From contig CAWCKH010000003.1 of the NCBI GenBank assembly GCA_963796055.1, forward strand, positions 320,001-384,000: DNA of 64,000 bases, given 5' to 3'. The notes under the pieces were generated by a model, which was not told the DNA's origin, ran no database searches, and saw only the letters and a program-made list of their open reading frames with translations. The translations under genes were made by a program, and so were the position numbers. This DNA is from an uncultured delta proteobacterium. Lineage in GTDB: Bacteria > Myxococcota > Myxococcia > Myxococcales > Myxococcaceae. Position 1 is the first letter of the stretch. Every line of letters starts with the position of its first letter. Below, in pieces: positions 20,039-28,692 of the stretch.

Positions 20039-21118
20039 GCGCTCGACGGCGTGCGCCACGCCCGTTGTCGATGCCATGCAGGTGCAGCTCTCGCGCGATC
20101 GCGACGCCGACCCGCGCGACGTCGCCGGCGAGCTCGCCGACGCCCTCGACGACAACGTCGGCGACGATCTGCTGCGGCTCGTCTTCACCGCGTGTCACCC
20201 GATGCTTCCGACCGAGGCGCGCGTCGCGCTCACGCTGCGGCTCGTCGGCGGGCTCGCGACCTCGGAAATCGCGCGCGCGTTCCTCGTCCCCGAGCCGACG
20301 ATCGCGCAGCGGATCGTCCGCGCCAAGCGCACGCTCACCGACGCGCGCGTGCGCTTCGAGGTGCCGCGCGCCGCCGAGCGCGCCGAGCGCCTCGAGTCGG
20401 TACTCGAGGTGATCTATCTCGTGTTCAAAGAGGGCACGTCGCGACCGCGGGCGCGAGCTTGACGCGGCCCGAGCTGTGCGAGGATGCGCTGCGCATCGCG
20501 CGCGTGCTCGCCGGCCTCGCGCCCGACGAGCCCGAAGTCCACGGGTTGGTCGCGCTGCTCGAGCTCTCGGCGTCGCGGCTGGCCGCTCGCATCGATCGCG
20601 ACGGCGCGCCGGTGTTGCTCGCGGATCAGGATCGCGCGCGCTGGGATCGCGTGCTCGTTCGCCGCGGGCTCGCGGCGCTTGCACGCGCAGACGAGCTCGT
20701 CGCGACGCAAGGTGCCCCCGCCGGTCCGTATCAGCTGCAAGCCACGATCGCCGCACATCACGCTCGCGCCGCGACCGCCGAGGCGACGGAGTGGCCGCGG
20801 ATCGCCGCGCTTTACGCGCTGCTCGCCCAGCGCGCGCCGTCGCCGATCGTGGAGCTCAATCGCGCGGGTCGCGGTCGCGATGGCATTCGGCCCGACGCCG
20901 GCCTCGAGCTCGTCGACGCGCTCGTCGCCGCCGGCGCGCTCGCCGCGTATCACCTGCTGCCGGCGGTGCGCGGCGACCTGCTCGCGAAGCTCGGACGCGG
21001 CGACGAGGCGCGCGCGGAATTTCAGCGCGCGGCGGAGCTGACCCGCAACGAGCGCGAGCGCGACGTCCTGCTCGCGAGAGCTCGCGATTCTGCGGTCAGC
21101 GCGTCGCGTAATTCGTGA
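20039..21118 (+). pseudogene. ECF42 sigma factor, 5'-truncated and multiply frameshifted
   Basis: Same protein as 8617-9794, with indels near 20062, 20432, 20868 and 20891. Confidence 0.85.
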
Positions 21119-21207
21119 AGCCGCGGCGGAAGAACCGGCACTCGCTTTGAGCGCTACGCAGTGGGAAGAGGCCCGACGCCTGCGAGCCAAGGGGTGATGT
21201 CCGCAGC
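20039..21207 (+). repeat. ~1.16 kb direct repeat, copy 2
   Basis: Matches 8719-9883. Confidence 0.92.
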
Positions 21208-21541
21208 GCGGCAGATTCTCGTCCTGTTCGGCCTCTCGGTTGAGGCCGCCCGCTGGTCCGCCCCAGAACCCCGTTGATCCGTCCTTGGACCAGATTCCCG
21301 AGTCGCTTCGCGTACGGCTTCTCTCGGTTCGCGCCTTCGATGACAGGGATGATGCTGGAGGCCGACGTCACTCCGGGGAAGGAGGCGGCGGCCGATTTAG
21401 AGCGAATGCGCTGAGCGGAGCTCGGCGCGGCGAATGTCGTCGGCCGGGTGGTCGTTGAGGACAACCTCCGAGCCCTTCCTCATTAGCCAGGCCCGAAATT
21501 GCCCGCCCGCAATCAATTGCTCCTACATCTGTAGGACTGTG

Positions 21542-21640
21542 AATTCGGCTCCTCAAATGGCTCCAAAACCGGCTCCCCAAGTGGCTCCTCGATCGGGCCA
21601 GTAGGGGAGCCATTTGGAGAGCTCTTCCGGGAGCCGTTTG
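21542..21640. repeat. 12-bp-phased GGCTCC array: four direct units, then inverted units
   Basis: GGCTCC at 21547, 21559, 21571, 21583. GGAGCC at 21606 and 21630, with a degenerate unit at 21618. Confidence 0.8.
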
Positions 21641-21713
21641 CAGCGCGCGTATCCGGTGACTTCGGCCACCTGACCCTCCCCCACCGGGTCCCAGTGCCCC
21701 GCGCGGGCGGACG

Positions 21714-21777
21714 CCCCGAGTTTCCCGTCCCCGCCCTCGCAACCAGTGGCATGAGGGCGGGGACGGGAAACTCGGGG
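21714..21777. repeat. Perfect 25-bp inverted repeat with 14-nt loop
   Basis: CCCCGAGTTTCCCGTCCCCGCCCTC (21714-21738) and its exact reverse complement (21753-21777). Confidence 0.9.
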
Positions 21778-21932
21778 TTCAGCAGAAATCTTGAGGGGGT
21801 GGTGGAGGGTCGAGGAGGGGATCAAGAACAGGAGGTTTGGCGGAGGCGATCGGAGATGAGGTCAGGTCAGGAAGAGGTGGAAACTGGGACAGGGGTAGTA
21901 CGAAACGGATGGCGGGGGACGGAGAGGGTACG

Positions 21933-21977
21933 GACCGGATACATGGGTGACAGATCAGACCGGAGACATGGGTGACA
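21933..21977 (+). mobile_element. Orphan IS481-like end (20-bp direct repeat)
   Basis: GACCGGA(T/G)ACATGGGTGACA at 21933 and 21958. Same architecture (…ACAT…TGACA doublet, ~25-bp period) as the adjacent IS481 left end. Confidence 0.55.
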
Positions 21978-22049
21978 CCAGCGCCGCGGGATAGGTGAGC
22001 AAGACAGGCGAGGCGGCGACTGCGAAGTCGCATCGGGGGTGGGTGGTGC

Positions 22050-23417
22050 TGTACCAGGACATCGCTGACCAAAACCGGTTCAGGACATCGCTGACAGTTT
22101 CGGCTGCTCGACTGTCGCGTGCCCTGGAAAGAGCAGCGAGTCATGAGCCACAAGCTGGAGTTCATCGAGAAGGCCAGCGCGATGGGGGCGAACATCTCGG
22201 CGCTCTGCAGGGAGTACGGCATCTCCCGGCAGACCGGCCACAAGTGGCTTCGGCGCTTCCGCGCGCGGGGATACACGGGCCTCGTCGAGCAGAGCCGTCG
22301 CCCGCTCTCGAGCCCGCTCACCACCGGCGAGGAGATCGTCGTCCGCATCCTCGAGCTGCGCGACCAGCACCAGACCTGGGGGCCGGACAAGATCGCCCGG
22401 GTGCTTCGGCGCACGCTGGGCGAGGACGGGCCGAGCAAGAGCACCGTAGCGCGGGTCCTGCATCGGCTCGGGAGGCTAAGGCGACACCGACCGCGCGTAC
22501 GAGTGTGGAGCGTCGACGGGCGCCCGCGGGTCGAGGTGCACGGGCCGAACGACCTGTGGACGATGGACTTCAAAGGCTGGTGGCGAGCTCGAAACCGCGA
22601 GCGGTGCGAGCCGCTCACGGTGCGAGACGGGTTCAGCCGGAAGGTCCTCGCCGTGACCCTCCTCGGCTCGGTGAGGGCCGAAGAGGTCCGGCGTGTCCTC
22701 CGGAGCTTGTTCTTGCGGCACGGCCTGCCAGCCGCCATTCAGAGCGACAACGGCACGCCATTCGTATCCACCCGCGGCCGCGGCGGACTGAGTCGGCTCT
22801 CGGCGTGGCTCGTCTCGCTCGGGATCCGTGTCGTGCGCTCACGTCCCGGGTGCCCGCAGGACAACGGCGGGCACGAGCGGATGCATCGGGACCTGAGCGA
22901 GCTGGAGCTCAACCCCGCCCGTACCCGCCGCGCTCAGCAGCGCGCGTGCGATCGTTGGGTGATCGAGTTCAACGAGGTCCGCCCCCACGATGCGCTCGGT
23001 GGCAAGACGCCAGCGGAGGTCTATCGCGACTCGGAGCGTCGCTCGCTCGACCCGCTCGTCCCGAGCTACCCGCCCGAGTGGAAGACGCGCCTGGTCTCGA
23101 AGGTGGGGACCATCTCGGTGAACGACGACGTGGTGTTCGTCAGCACGGCCCTCGCGGGCCAGATCGTCGGTCTCAAGCAGGAAGGGATCCTGCGCTGGCG
23201 AGCTCACTTCTTCGGCGTCGACCTCGGGATGATCGAGATCGCCCCGCTGGCGAACGTGCTGACACCCGATGACGTCAGCTCCGTTACACCCGTCAACGCA
23301 CCGTACTCAGAGGCTGTCAACGCCACTGTCACCCAGGACGCGCTGCTGAACGCGCGAGCCGTAAACGCCTGAGAAACCCGCCGTCACCCTGCAGTCAACT
23401 GTCAGCGATGTCTTGAC
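22050..23417 (+). mobile_element. IS481-family insertion sequence
   Basis: Left end TGTAC-CAGGACATCGCTGAC (repeated at 22081). Inverted copy CTGTCAGCGATGTCTTG at 23399-23415. The outermost right end is not recognisable. Confidence 0.8.
22119..23372 (+). CDS. IS481-family DDE transposase
   Basis: MPWKE, HTH ISALCREYGISRQTGHKW, PNDLWTMDFKG, IQSDNGTPF, QDNGGHERMH. Confidence 0.93.
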   Translation: MPWKEQRVMSHKLEFIEKASAMGANISALCREYGISRQTGHKWLRRFRARGYTGLVEQSRRPLSSPLTTGEEIVVRILELRDQHQTWGPDKIARVLRRTLGEDGPSKSTVARVLHRLGRLRRHRPRVRVWSVDGRPRVEVHGPNDLWTMDFKGWWRARNRERCEPLTVRDGFSRKVLAVTLLGSVRAEEVRRVLRSLFLRHGLPAAIQSDNGTPFVSTRGRGGLSRLSAWLVSLGIRVVRSRPGCPQDNGGHERMHRDLSELELNPARTRRAQQRACDRWVIEFNEVRPHDALGGKTPAEVYRDSERRSLDPLVPSYPPEWKTRLVSKVGTISVNDDVVFVSTALAGQIVGLKQEGILRWRAHFFGVDLGMIEIAPLANVLTPDDVSSVTPVNAPYSEAVNATVTQDALLNARAVNA

Positions 23418-23465
23418 TCGTTCCGGGTGAGCGCTCAGGGCATCGAGCCACGAGACCCGTCGGCC

Positions 23466-23494
23466 TTGACGTGGTGTTCTATTTAGCATCTACT
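23466..23494 (+). promoter_or_regulatory. Putative sigma70 promoter of the RHH-xis-int genes
   Basis: TTGACG-N17-TCTACT in an AT-rich patch. The ATG follows 7 bp later. Confidence 0.45.
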
Positions 23495-23500
23495 TAGGGC

Positions 23501-23833
23501 ATGGGAAGGACTCCGCTCCCTGAGGACGAAGCGCTCAAGCCTCTGAATGTGAAGGTCCCGTCCGAGGACCTCTACTTCGTCCAGGAGGTCCTCAAACCGG
23601 CCCTCGGCGTCTCCTACAACGCCGAAGCAGTCCGTGAGGTCCTGGTTCAGCTGCGGACCTGCTTCCGCCTCCCCCAGTACGTCGTCGAAGTCCTCGAGGC
23701 GGAGATGAAGGCGAAGAAGCTCAATATCCTCGGATACGTCCAGGAGCTGCTCCTCCGCCGATACGAAGCGCTCCGCGATAGCAGCGCCAGCCCGAGAACC
23801 GGCCCAGCTGGCAGCACCCGGCGGCCCCGCTAA
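23501..23833 (+). CDS. Small DNA-binding protein, probably tandem ribbon-helix-helix
   Basis: Two strand-helix-helix-like units: LNVKVPSEDL...AEAVREVL and CFRLPQYVVEVLE...GYVQELL. Directly upstream of xis-int. Confidence 0.6.
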   Translation: MGRTPLPEDEALKPLNVKVPSEDLYFVQEVLKPALGVSYNAEAVREVLVQLRTCFRLPQYVVEVLEAEMKAKKLNILGYVQELLLRRYEALRDSSASPRTGPAGSTRRPR

Positions 23834-23869
23834 GAGGCGCGCGACAGGCAGGGAGGGCAGGAGGTCCGG

Positions 23870-24112
23870 ATGGGACGCTCAACCGAGGGATTGGAGATCC
23901 GGACCGGTCCCGAGCTCATGACCGTTCCTGAAGCCGCTCAGCTACTCCGGATGAATTCCAAGGCCCTGTACTCGCTCGCGGCGGCCGGGAAGGTCCCGGG
24001 CGTCCTCCGCCTTGGGCGCAGCATCCGCATCCGTCGCGCGGCTCTCGTGGGTGCCGGAGCGGTAGAGTCCGTTCCAGTGGAGGCCCAGCGGCTCACGGGA
24101 GAACCAACGTGA
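23870..24112 (+). CDS. xis: Excisionase / HTH_17 recombination directionality factor
   Basis: LMTVPEAAQLLRMNSKALYSLAAAGKVPGVLRLGRSIRI. Its stop overlaps the integrase start. Confidence 0.85.
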   Translation: MGRSTEGLEIRTGPELMTVPEAAQLLRMNSKALYSLAAAGKVPGVLRLGRSIRIRRAALVGAGAVESVPVEAQRLTGEPT

Positions 24113-25188
24113 GCATTCGTCGCTGGACATCGAAGCACCCCGGAACGGGGTTACACGAAGAGAGGGGCTGGATGGTCGATCTGCGGACGGACAGTGGCGA
24201 CCGTTACCGGCGGGCCTTCCGGTCGAAGAGGGAGGCACTGGCGCACGAGAGATCCGTGCTCCTGGCCATCGCCGCTGGGACGTTCGGGGTCGAAGTCAAG
24301 CAAGCGCCAACGGTTCGAGCGTTCGCGGCCGACTTCATCACGTGGAGCGAGTTGCACAACAAGCCAAGCACCGTCGCGGCGAAGCGCATCGCACTCGACG
24401 TGCACCTCCTGCCAGCGTTCGGGGAGGTGCGCCTTGACGCCAGTGAGCTGCGTGCCGAGGTCGCTCGATTCGCCACCTCGAAGCTCAAGGCCGGGCTGAG
24501 CGCGAAGACGGTTCGCAACACGCTCGCCGTTTTCGGGAAGCTGCTGAGTCTCGCCGCCGAGCGCGGCGTGATTCAGAGTGTCCCGAGACTCGGAGCGCCT
24601 CGGGTCACGAGGCCCGAGGCGGCGTTCCTCACCTTCGAGGAGGCAGAGCGGCTCCTCGAAGCGGCTGAGGCTGCGTGGAGAACCTGGCTCCTCGTGCTGC
24701 TGCGCACAGGTCTCCGCGTCGGGGAGGCGCTCGCGCTTCACCGAGAGGACGTGGAGCTGAAGGGCGAGCGGCCCTGCATCACCGTTCGACGAAGCATGTG
24801 GATGGGCAAGGAAGGCTTGCCGAAGAACGGAAGGTTGCGGGTCGTGCCACTGACGCGGGAGACGGTCGCCGCCCTCCGCGCTCAACAGCACCTCCGGCGT
24901 CCGTACGTCTTCTGCCACGAGGACGGACGGCCCTACACGCACTCGGAAGTGAAGGACGTGGTGCCGAACGCCTGCCGCCGGGCGGGGCTGGCGAAACGGG
25001 TGACCACGCACGGGCTCCGGCACACCTACGCGAGCCACCTGGTGATGCGGAGCACACCGCTGACCACGGTCCGCGAGCTCCTGGGACATGCGGACCTGAC
25101 GATGGTCGCGCGCTACACGCATCTGTCGCCGGACGTCGCACACGCAGCGGTCCAGGTGCTCGACGCGCCGGCGAGTCGGGGCAACTAA
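24109..25188 (+). CDS. int: Phage-type tyrosine integrase
   Basis: Catalytic residues present: TGLRVGE, PKNG, HGLRHTYAS, LGHAD, RYTH. N-terminal arm-binding-like region. Confidence 0.95.
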   Translation: MSIRRWTSKHPGTGLHEERGWMVDLRTDSGDRYRRAFRSKREALAHERSVLLAIAAGTFGVEVKQAPTVRAFAADFITWSELHNKPSTVAAKRIALDVHLLPAFGEVRLDASELRAEVARFATSKLKAGLSAKTVRNTLAVFGKLLSLAAERGVIQSVPRLGAPRVTRPEAAFLTFEEAERLLEAAEAAWRTWLLVLLRTGLRVGEALALHREDVELKGERPCITVRRSMWMGKEGLPKNGRLRVVPLTRETVAALRAQQHLRRPYVFCHEDGRPYTHSEVKDVVPNACRRAGLAKRVTTHGLRHTYASHLVMRSTPLTTVRELLGHADLTMVARYTHLSPDVAHAAVQVLDAPASRGN

Positions 25189-25196
25189 TGGGCAAC
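25179..25196 (+). promoter_or_regulatory. Putative integrase arm-type sites (GGGCAAC x2)
   Basis: GGGCAAC at 25179 and 25190, 11-bp period, overlapping the int stop. Confidence 0.65.
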
Positions 25197-25213
25197 GTGG
25201 ACGGGAGTAAATG

Positions 25214-25240
25214 AAAAAGCCCCGGAGATACCGGGGCTTT
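25214..25240 (-). terminator. Intrinsic terminator for tRNA-Gly (probably bidirectional with int)
   Basis: Minus strand AAAGCCCCGG-TATCT-CCGGGGCTTTTT. Confidence 0.8.
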
Positions 25241-25245
25241 CGAGG

Positions 25246-25317
25246 AGCGGGAAAAGGGATTTGAACCCTCGACCCTCGCCTTGGCAAGGCGATGCTCTAC
25301 CACTGAGCTATTCCCGC
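25246..25317 (-). tRNA. tRNA-Gly (GCC)
   Basis: GCGGGAA TA GCTCAGTGGTAGAGC A TCGCC TT GCC AA GGCGA GGGTC GAGGG TTCAAAT CCCTT TTCCCGC T folds as a cloverleaf. Followed by CCT, so CCA is not fully encoded. Confidence 0.97.
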
Positions 25318-25334
25318 ACTGAACGACTCCGGCC

Positions 25335-25363
25335 TGTTACCAACCGCGCCCCCCGGGGGTCAA
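25335..25363 (-). promoter_or_regulatory. Putative tRNA promoter
   Basis: Minus strand TTGACC, 17-18 bp spacer, (TGG)TAACA. Confidence 0.45.
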
Positions 25364-25408
25364 GCGTCGCCGCCGGCAGGCGGGAGGGCATGGTACATCC
25401 GATCGCTC

Positions 25409-26641
25409 GTGCACGCCTGTCGATCGACCCGTCCCCTCGCCGCGACCGCCGTCGCCGCCCTGCTCCTCGCCTGTGGCGGCAGCGGCAGCGGCGTCACGGT
25501 CTCCGGTCAGGTCCTCGACGGATCCGGGCAGCCGCTGGCCAACCTGACGGTCCTGGTCGGCGGGAAGTCGACCACCACCGACACCGGCGGCAACTTCACC
25601 GTGACCGGCGTCACCACGCCCTACGACGCGATCATCGTCGAGACGGCGAACAAGGTCGCCACGGTGTACGCGCAGCTGACTCGCAGTGACCCGAAGCTCC
25701 TCGACTTCGGCTCGAACGGCAGCCCTGCAACCCATACGGCGACGCTCGGTGGTGCCATCGTCGGAGGTGACCCGCTGTCCACGGCCGGGACGATCACCGC
25801 CATCTCCTGGGGGTCGGTGGAGAGCTCCACCGGGAGCTACGTGACCAGCACCCCGTACTCCTTTCCCGTCTCCTGGTCGGGCCCCACCGGCACCACCGGG
25901 AGCGTTCACGGACTGCAGTGGACGGTGGACGGAAACGGGACGGTGACCGGGTACCGCTCGCACGGGGTCAAGCCCGGCGTGTCTCTGACCGCCGGAGGGA
26001 CCGTCAGCGACGCGGATGTCCTACTGACAGTCCCGACCACCACCAGCGTGTCCGCGACCATCACCGCACCGGCCGGCTACACCATCGCCGACCGGTCGGC
26101 GTACCTCACCTTCGCCGATGGGGCTTACTTTCCAGTGAGCGAAGACGCGCTCGCCTCGTCGGCCTTCTCCCTGCCGGTGCCCTCGGGCATCGAGGCCAGC
26201 GTCATCATGAACGCCACCGCCACCGAGAGCGTCCGGAACTCGATCACCACCGCCCAGCTGTCCGGCCTGGCGCCCGGCACCAGCGGCGCCGCCCTCACCC
26301 TGCCCTCCCCGGCGGTCGCCACCGCGCCGGCCGACGGCGCCACCGGCGTCGACACCACCACCGACCTCGTCTGGAGCCCGGTCCTGGGCGGGGTGCACGT
26401 CCTCTTCCTCAGCGGAGCCGGGAACGACCCCGCCTTCGCCATCGTGAGCGGCGGGACACAGACGCGCATCCCGGACCTGAGCGCACAGGGGCTCGGACTT
26501 CCCTCCGGGCGGCCATACGACTGGACGCTGCTGGCCCTCGGCCCCTTCGCCAGCATCGACGCCTTCGCCACGGCCGGTGTGCTCTCGCGCGAGGGCCTGG
26601 GCTTCGAGACCGTCACCAGCACCGGGTTCACCACCCGGTAG
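25409..26641 (+). CDS. Lipoprotein with carboxypeptidase-regulatory-like / Ig-like beta domains
   Basis: Lipobox LLLAC, VTVSGQVLDGSGQPLANLTV...TTTDTGGNF, Thr/Ser-rich. Confidence 0.8.
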   Translation: MHACRSTRPLAATAVAALLLACGGSGSGVTVSGQVLDGSGQPLANLTVLVGGKSTTTDTGGNFTVTGVTTPYDAIIVETANKVATVYAQLTRSDPKLLDFGSNGSPATHTATLGGAIVGGDPLSTAGTITAISWGSVESSTGSYVTSTPYSFPVSWSGPTGTTGSVHGLQWTVDGNGTVTGYRSHGVKPGVSLTAGGTVSDADVLLTVPTTTSVSATITAPAGYTIADRSAYLTFADGAYFPVSEDALASSAFSLPVPSGIEASVIMNATATESVRNSITTAQLSGLAPGTSGAALTLPSPAVATAPADGATGVDTTTDLVWSPVLGGVHVLFLSGAGNDPAFAIVSGGTQTRIPDLSAQGLGLPSGRPYDWTLLALGPFASIDAFATAGVLSREGLGFETVTSTGFTTR

Positions 26642-26658
26642 CCGGGGAACGGACCGCC

Positions 26659-27348
26659 TCAGGCCTCCGCCGATCCGCTCCCGTCGCCCCGCCGCGCCAG
26701 CATGTGGAGGAAGCCGCGGAAGTAGACGCCCGCGCTCCACAGGCTGAACACCACGCTCAGGTAGGTCAGCACCTGCCCCACCGCGTTGAAGCTCACCGGC
26801 CCGCGCCACACCCAGAGGTCGACCTCGTGCCGGTAGTGGACCAGCAGGGCGACGATGCCCACCAGCTGCAGCGCCGTCTTCCACTTCCCTTCCTGGCCGG
26901 CGGCGATGACCATCCCCTCGCTGGCGGCGATCTGCCGCAGTCCGGTGACCACGAACTCTCGCGAGAGCAGGAGGATCGCCACCCACGCGGGGAACCGGCC
27001 GAGCCGGACCAGCATCACCATCGCTGCCAGGACGATCAGCTTGTCGGCCAGCGGGTCGAGGAACTTGCCGATGACCGTCACCAGCCCCATGCGCCGGGCG
27101 AGCCACCCGTCCACCACGTCGGTGATCGCCGCCACCGCGAAGAGCGCGCCGGCGAGCAGCGAGGCCATCGGGTTGGCCTGGTAGGCCAGGACGATGAACA
27201 GCGGGATGATGAGGATGCGCCCGAAGGTCAGGAGGTTCGGGACGTTCCAGAACTCCTGGAGCAGCACCCCGGGCCGCCGAGGCTCCGCACCAGAGCGACG
27301 CCGCCGGCGCCTCCGTCGCTGTTCCCGCTCTTCCGGGGGCTGGGCCAC
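26659..27348 (-). CDS. pgsA: CDP-diacylglycerol--glycerol-3-phosphate 3-phosphatidyltransferase
   Basis: NVPNLLTFGR, TDVVDGWLARR...GKFLDPLADK, GKWKT. Confidence 0.95.
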   Translation of the reverse strand: MAQPPEEREQRRRRRRRRSGAEPRRPGVLLQEFWNVPNLLTFGRILIIPLFIVLAYQANPMASLLAGALFAVAAITDVVDGWLARRMGLVTVIGKFLDPLADKLIVLAAMVMLVRLGRFPAWVAILLLSREFVVTGLRQIAASEGMVIAAGQEGKWKTALQLVGIVALLVHYRHEVDLWVWRGPVSFNAVGQVLTYLSVVFSLWSAGVYFRGFLHMLARRGDGSGSAEA

Positions 27349-27419
27349 GGACGCCGGCTTACTCCACGCGCACCGTGTTGGCGACGTGCAACCCCCGGGG
27401 AGTAGTCTCGGTGGCCGTC

Positions 27420-27833
27420 ATGCGACGCACCGGGAGAGGGAGAGACCTGGTGTACCGGCCCCGGCGGGCGCTGGTCGGCGCGGTGCTCATCGGCTGGCCG
27501 GCCGGCCTCGCCGCGTCGCCTACACCGCCCGGAGGCAAGGAGCTCGCGGCGCTGAGGGAGCCCGCCCGCGAGGCGCTGGAGACGAGCTGCGGCCGCTGCC
27601 ACGACCGCGCACAGCCCACCGCCCGTCCCGCCGCGCTCCACGTCTTCGACCTCGCCGAGGCAGACTGGTCTGCCCAGCTCACCGAGGAGCAGATGGACCA
27701 CATCGAGGGCCGCTTCGAGGGCTTCCGGATGCCCGAGGCGGACCGGGTCCCCGTCCGGCGCTTCCTCGCCGCCGAGCGTGCCCGTCGGGCCGCGCTCGCC
27801 CCCACCCCGTCGGGCGGCGCTCCGCCGCGCTGA
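27420..27833 (+). CDS. Small putative c-type cytochrome
   Basis: Signal-like N-terminus and CGRCH heme motif. Start could also be GTG 27450. Confidence 0.6.
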   Translation: MRRTGRGRDLVYRPRRALVGAVLIGWPAGLAASPTPPGGKELAALREPAREALETSCGRCHDRAQPTARPAALHVFDLAEADWSAQLTEEQMDHIEGRFEGFRMPEADRVPVRRFLAAERARRAALAPTPSGGAPPR

Positions 27834-27843
27834 CCTCAGGACG

Positions 27844-28692
27844 ATGATGCGCGCCAACGGCCCTGCCGCCCTGTGGCGCAGCATCGTGACCGAGACCGCC
27901 GAGCGCGCCGATGCGGGCGCCCGCCTGGCTCTGGAACGTGACGGTGCACGGCGCCTCGATCGCGAAGCCGGCGTGGTGCTGGTCACCGCCGTGCTCTGCC
28001 TGCTGCTCATCCACTTCTTCGGCCGCCCGGGGTTCCTCGAGGAGTGGCGGCGGCTCTGCGCGATGCTCCACCTCGAGGCCCTCTACCGGCGGGTGCAAGG
28101 CTATCTGCTGTCCGGCGGGGAGGCGCGTTTCCACGCCCGTGTCTTCTGGGCCGCCGCCCGCGGCATCGGGTTCCTGGTCATTCCCGCAGTGGTGGTGGCC
28201 GTGGTGCTCCGTCGTCCCCTCGGCGAGTTCGGGCTGAGGACGAAGGGGATTCTCCCGCACCTCTGGCTCTACCTGGCGATGTTCCTGCTGATCGCTCCGG
28301 CGGTGGTCATCGCCTCCTACACCCAGCCGTTCCAGGCCACCTATCCGTTCTACCGGGTCGAGCCGGGCGAGCGGCTGTGGCCGAACTTCTGGCTCTGGGA
28401 GCTGCTGTATGCCTCGCAGTTCGTGGGCATCGAGTTCTTCTTCCGCGGCTTCCTGCTCCACGGGCTGAAGCGACGGATGGGCTACGCCGCCGTCTGGGTC
28501 TCGGTCGTGCCCTACACGATGATCCACTTCGAGAAGCCGCTCGCCGAGTGCCTCGGTGCCGTGGTCGCGGGCTGGGTTCTCGGCACGCTCAGCTTGAAGA
28601 CCAGGTCCATGTGGTGGGGCGCAGCCATTCACACCGCCGTCGCCTGGGGAATGGATCTGCTCTCGCTGGGGCACCAGGGCCGGCTGGGGTGA
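27844..28692 (+). CDS. CPBP (CAAX/Abi-like) intramembrane glutamic endopeptidase
   Basis: EFFFRG, MIHFEKP, AIH motifs and multiple TM helices. Confidence 0.85.
   Translation: MMRANGPAALWRSIVTETAERADAGARLALERDGARRLDREAGVVLVTAVLCLLLIHFFGRPGFLEEWRRLCAMLHLEALYRRVQGYLLSGGEARFHARVFWAAARGIGFLVIPAVVVAVVLRRPLGEFGLRTKGILPHLWLYLAMFLLIAPAVVIASYTQPFQATYPFYRVEPGERLWPNFWLWELLYASQFVGIEFFFRGFLLHGLKRRMGYAAVWVSVVPYTMIHFEKPLAECLGAVVAGWVLGTLSLKTRSMWWGAAIHTAVAWGMDLLSLGHQGRLG

Larger units (their letters stand above)
12191..25265. mobile_element. Tyrosine-integrase genomic island (~13.1 kb) integrated in tRNA-Gly(GCC)
   Basis: Flanking 27-bp direct repeat, integrase plus excisionase next to the tRNA, and GGGCAAC doublets inside both ends. 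Confidence 0.9.

Noticed and set aside
21836..21860. TGGCGGAG as a second tRNA 3'-end att site
   Set aside because: The match is too short, lacks T-arm sequence and has no partner in the window.
21542..21977. CRISPR array
   Set aside because: Units are 12 bp or only two copies, there are no spacer-sized unique sequences, and there are no cas genes.
12191..25265. Prophage or ICE
   Set aside because: No capsid, terminase, tail, relaxase or T4SS genes are recognisable.
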